NCBI GenBank assembly: GCA_038061735.1
Contig: JBBTYO010000011.1
Location: 693-64,692 of the forward strand
Direction of reading: 5' to 3'
DNA length: 64,000 nt
DNA from: Patescibacteria group bacterium
GTDB taxonomy: Bacteria; Patescibacteriota; Microgenomatia; UBA1406; GWC2-37-13
The notes beneath the pieces are model-generated. The model saw only the letters and a list, made by a program, of their open reading frames with translations. It was not told the DNA's origin and did no database searches. Position numbers and translations under genes: made by a program. Shown here piece after piece: positions 62,512-64,000 of this stretch. Position 1 is the first letter of the stretch; every line of letters begins with the position of its first letter.

Positions 62512-63405
62512 TTACATACTTTTTAGTATCTTTATACGTTCATCGATCGGTGGATGAGTTGAAAACAAGTTCACAAACCATGAGGAGTTTTTTTTCTTAA
62601 ATGGGTTGTCAATAAAAAGGTGGGCGGTGGAAGAAGTGGCTTTATGCAACGGTTGAGAATTATTTTTAAGTTTTTCAAGCGCGCGAGCCAAACCTTCGGG
62701 ATAACGGGTCAATAAAACTCCTGATGCATCAGCCAGATATTCCCGCCTTCTGGAAATTGCCAATTGGATTATCGTAGCAATAATCGGAGTTAAAATTAGA
62801 GCGACGATAAATAAAACGATAAAAATCGGGTTACGATTACTTCTATTATTATCATCCGACCCTCGACCCCACCACATACTTCTTATAACCCAGTCGGAAA
62901 TAATCGCCAAAGTTCCAACCAGTACCGCCACAATTGAGGCAAGTAAAATATCAAAATTTTTGACGTGGGAGAGTTCATGAGCAATAACGCCTTCCAGTTC
63001 TGTCCGATCCATAATTTGCAGAAGTCCTGTTGTAACACAGACCACGGCGTGTTTTGGATCGCGTCCTGTGGCAAAGGCATTAGGTGACGGATCGTTAATA
63101 ACGTACAGTTTAGGCATTGGTAGTCCAGCCGCTAAACTCAAATTTTCCGTGACGGTATAAAAATTAAAGAATTGTTTTTTATTGGCAGGTTGGGCTCTTG
63201 TTGTCATCAGTACTAACTTATCACCGTAGAAGTAACTTCCGACTGATGAGGCTAGAGAAATAAAAAAACCTAAGAAAAAATAGCCCCAAGGAGAATCAAA
63301 ATATTTTCCCAACAAAAAAAAGAACGAAGAAAAAATCAGGATAAAGAAAAACATAATCAGGAATGTCTTGATTTTATTTTCGGAAATTTGAGAATAAACG
63401 GTCAT
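62512..63405 (-). CDS. htpX: HtpX M48 zinc metalloprotease
   Basis: PNAFATG, AHELSH, SRRREYLAD, STHPP. Confidence 0.95.
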   Translation of the reverse strand: MTVYSQISENKIKTFLIMFFFILIFSSFFFLLGKYFDSPWGYFFLGFFISLASSVGSYFYGDKLVLMTTRAQPANKKQFFNFYTVTENLSLAAGLPMPKLYVINDPSPNAFATGRDPKHAVVCVTTGLLQIMDRTELEGVIAHELSHVKNFDILLASIVAVLVGTLAIISDWVIRSMWWGRGSDDNNRSNRNPIFIVLFIVALILTPIIATIIQLAISRRREYLADASGVLLTRYPEGLARALEKLKNNSQPLHKATSSTAHLFIDNPFKKKNSSWFVNLFSTHPPIDERIKILKSM

Positions 63406-63409
63406 TTTT

Positions 63410-63955
63410 TTAGTCAAATTTTACTTTGACACTTTTCTTCGCTTCTTCTTCAGCTTCAAAGAATTCTAAGGCTTTAAATGCAAAAGCATTGGCAATCAGA
63501 TTAGAGGGAAACATCTGGACTTTAGTATTAAAGTCAAGAACGTTTGCATTATAAAATTGACGGGAATAAGCGACCTTATCCTCGGTATCTTCCAGTTGTC
63601 TTTGCAAATCTTGGAAATTCGTATTAGCCTTTAAATCAGGATAAGCTTCGGCAACGGCAAATAAAGACTTTAAAGCGCCTGTTAACATATTGTCTGCTTC
63701 GGCTTTTTGCTGAAGGGATTGGGCTCCCATTAAAGCAGTTCGGGCTTTAGTGACTTCGGTGAAAACACTTTTTTCATGCTTTGCATAACCTTTGACTGTC
63801 TCAACGACGTTAGGAATCAAGTCCGCTCGTCTTTTGAGTTGAACGTCAATGCCGGAAAGAGCTTCCTGAATTCGGGTTTTTAAGACAACAAAACCATTAT
63901 ACTGAGCAACCAGATAGACTATTAATATCCCAACTAAACCAAGTGCAATAAACAT
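63410..63955 (-). CDS. lemA: LemA family protein
   Basis: [29 protein letters not shown]. Confidence 0.96.
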   Translation of the reverse strand: MFIALGLVGILIVYLVAQYNGFVVLKTRIQEALSGIDVQLKRRADLIPNVVETVKGYAKHEKSVFTEVTKARTALMGAQSLQQKAEADNMLTGALKSLFAVAEAYPDLKANTNFQDLQRQLEDTEDKVAYSRQFYNANVLDFNTKVQMFPSNLIANAFAFKALEFFEAEEEAKKSVKVKFD

Positions 63956-64000
63956 ATTTATTATTAGTAATTAATAATAGAATAAGTATACCATTGATTT

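Overview
AT-rich, gene-dense bacterial chromosome segment. The reduced housekeeping set, short proteins and -10 boxes directly before start codons suggest a Candidate Phyla Radiation (Patescibacteria, Microgenomates-like) genome; this placement is inference. It carries translation and replication genes (lepA 3' end, miaA, gyrA/B, rplJL, rpmE, a short RF1, hisS, cysS, proS, rpsF-ssb-rpsR, rnj, recR, dnaX, rpsB-tsf-frr, dnaE), pdxS/pdxT, a complete F1Fo ATP synthase operon, murT/gatD, lemA-htpX, three tRNAs and a divergent FMN-type riboswitch. The main finding is a family of 27-bp palindromes (TGTC tail, 8-bp stem, GNAG loop, usually a CCA tail), with 19 units at 12 loci. One inverted pair encloses an intact 97-aa GIY-YIG nuclease gene (41564-41941). 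Six empty 88-96 bp doublets keep the same two arms and inner flanks, and two of the five singlets are translated in frame inside genes. This looks like an autonomous/non-autonomous REP/REPIN-like system built around a GIY-YIG nuclease rather than a RAYT transposase. A TrpR-like gene bracketed by two identical 32-bp palindromes, several other small palindrome families, a non-canonical radical-SAM-like protein and an RF1 lacking domain 1 also merit follow-up. All calls come from reading the sequence; no searches were run.
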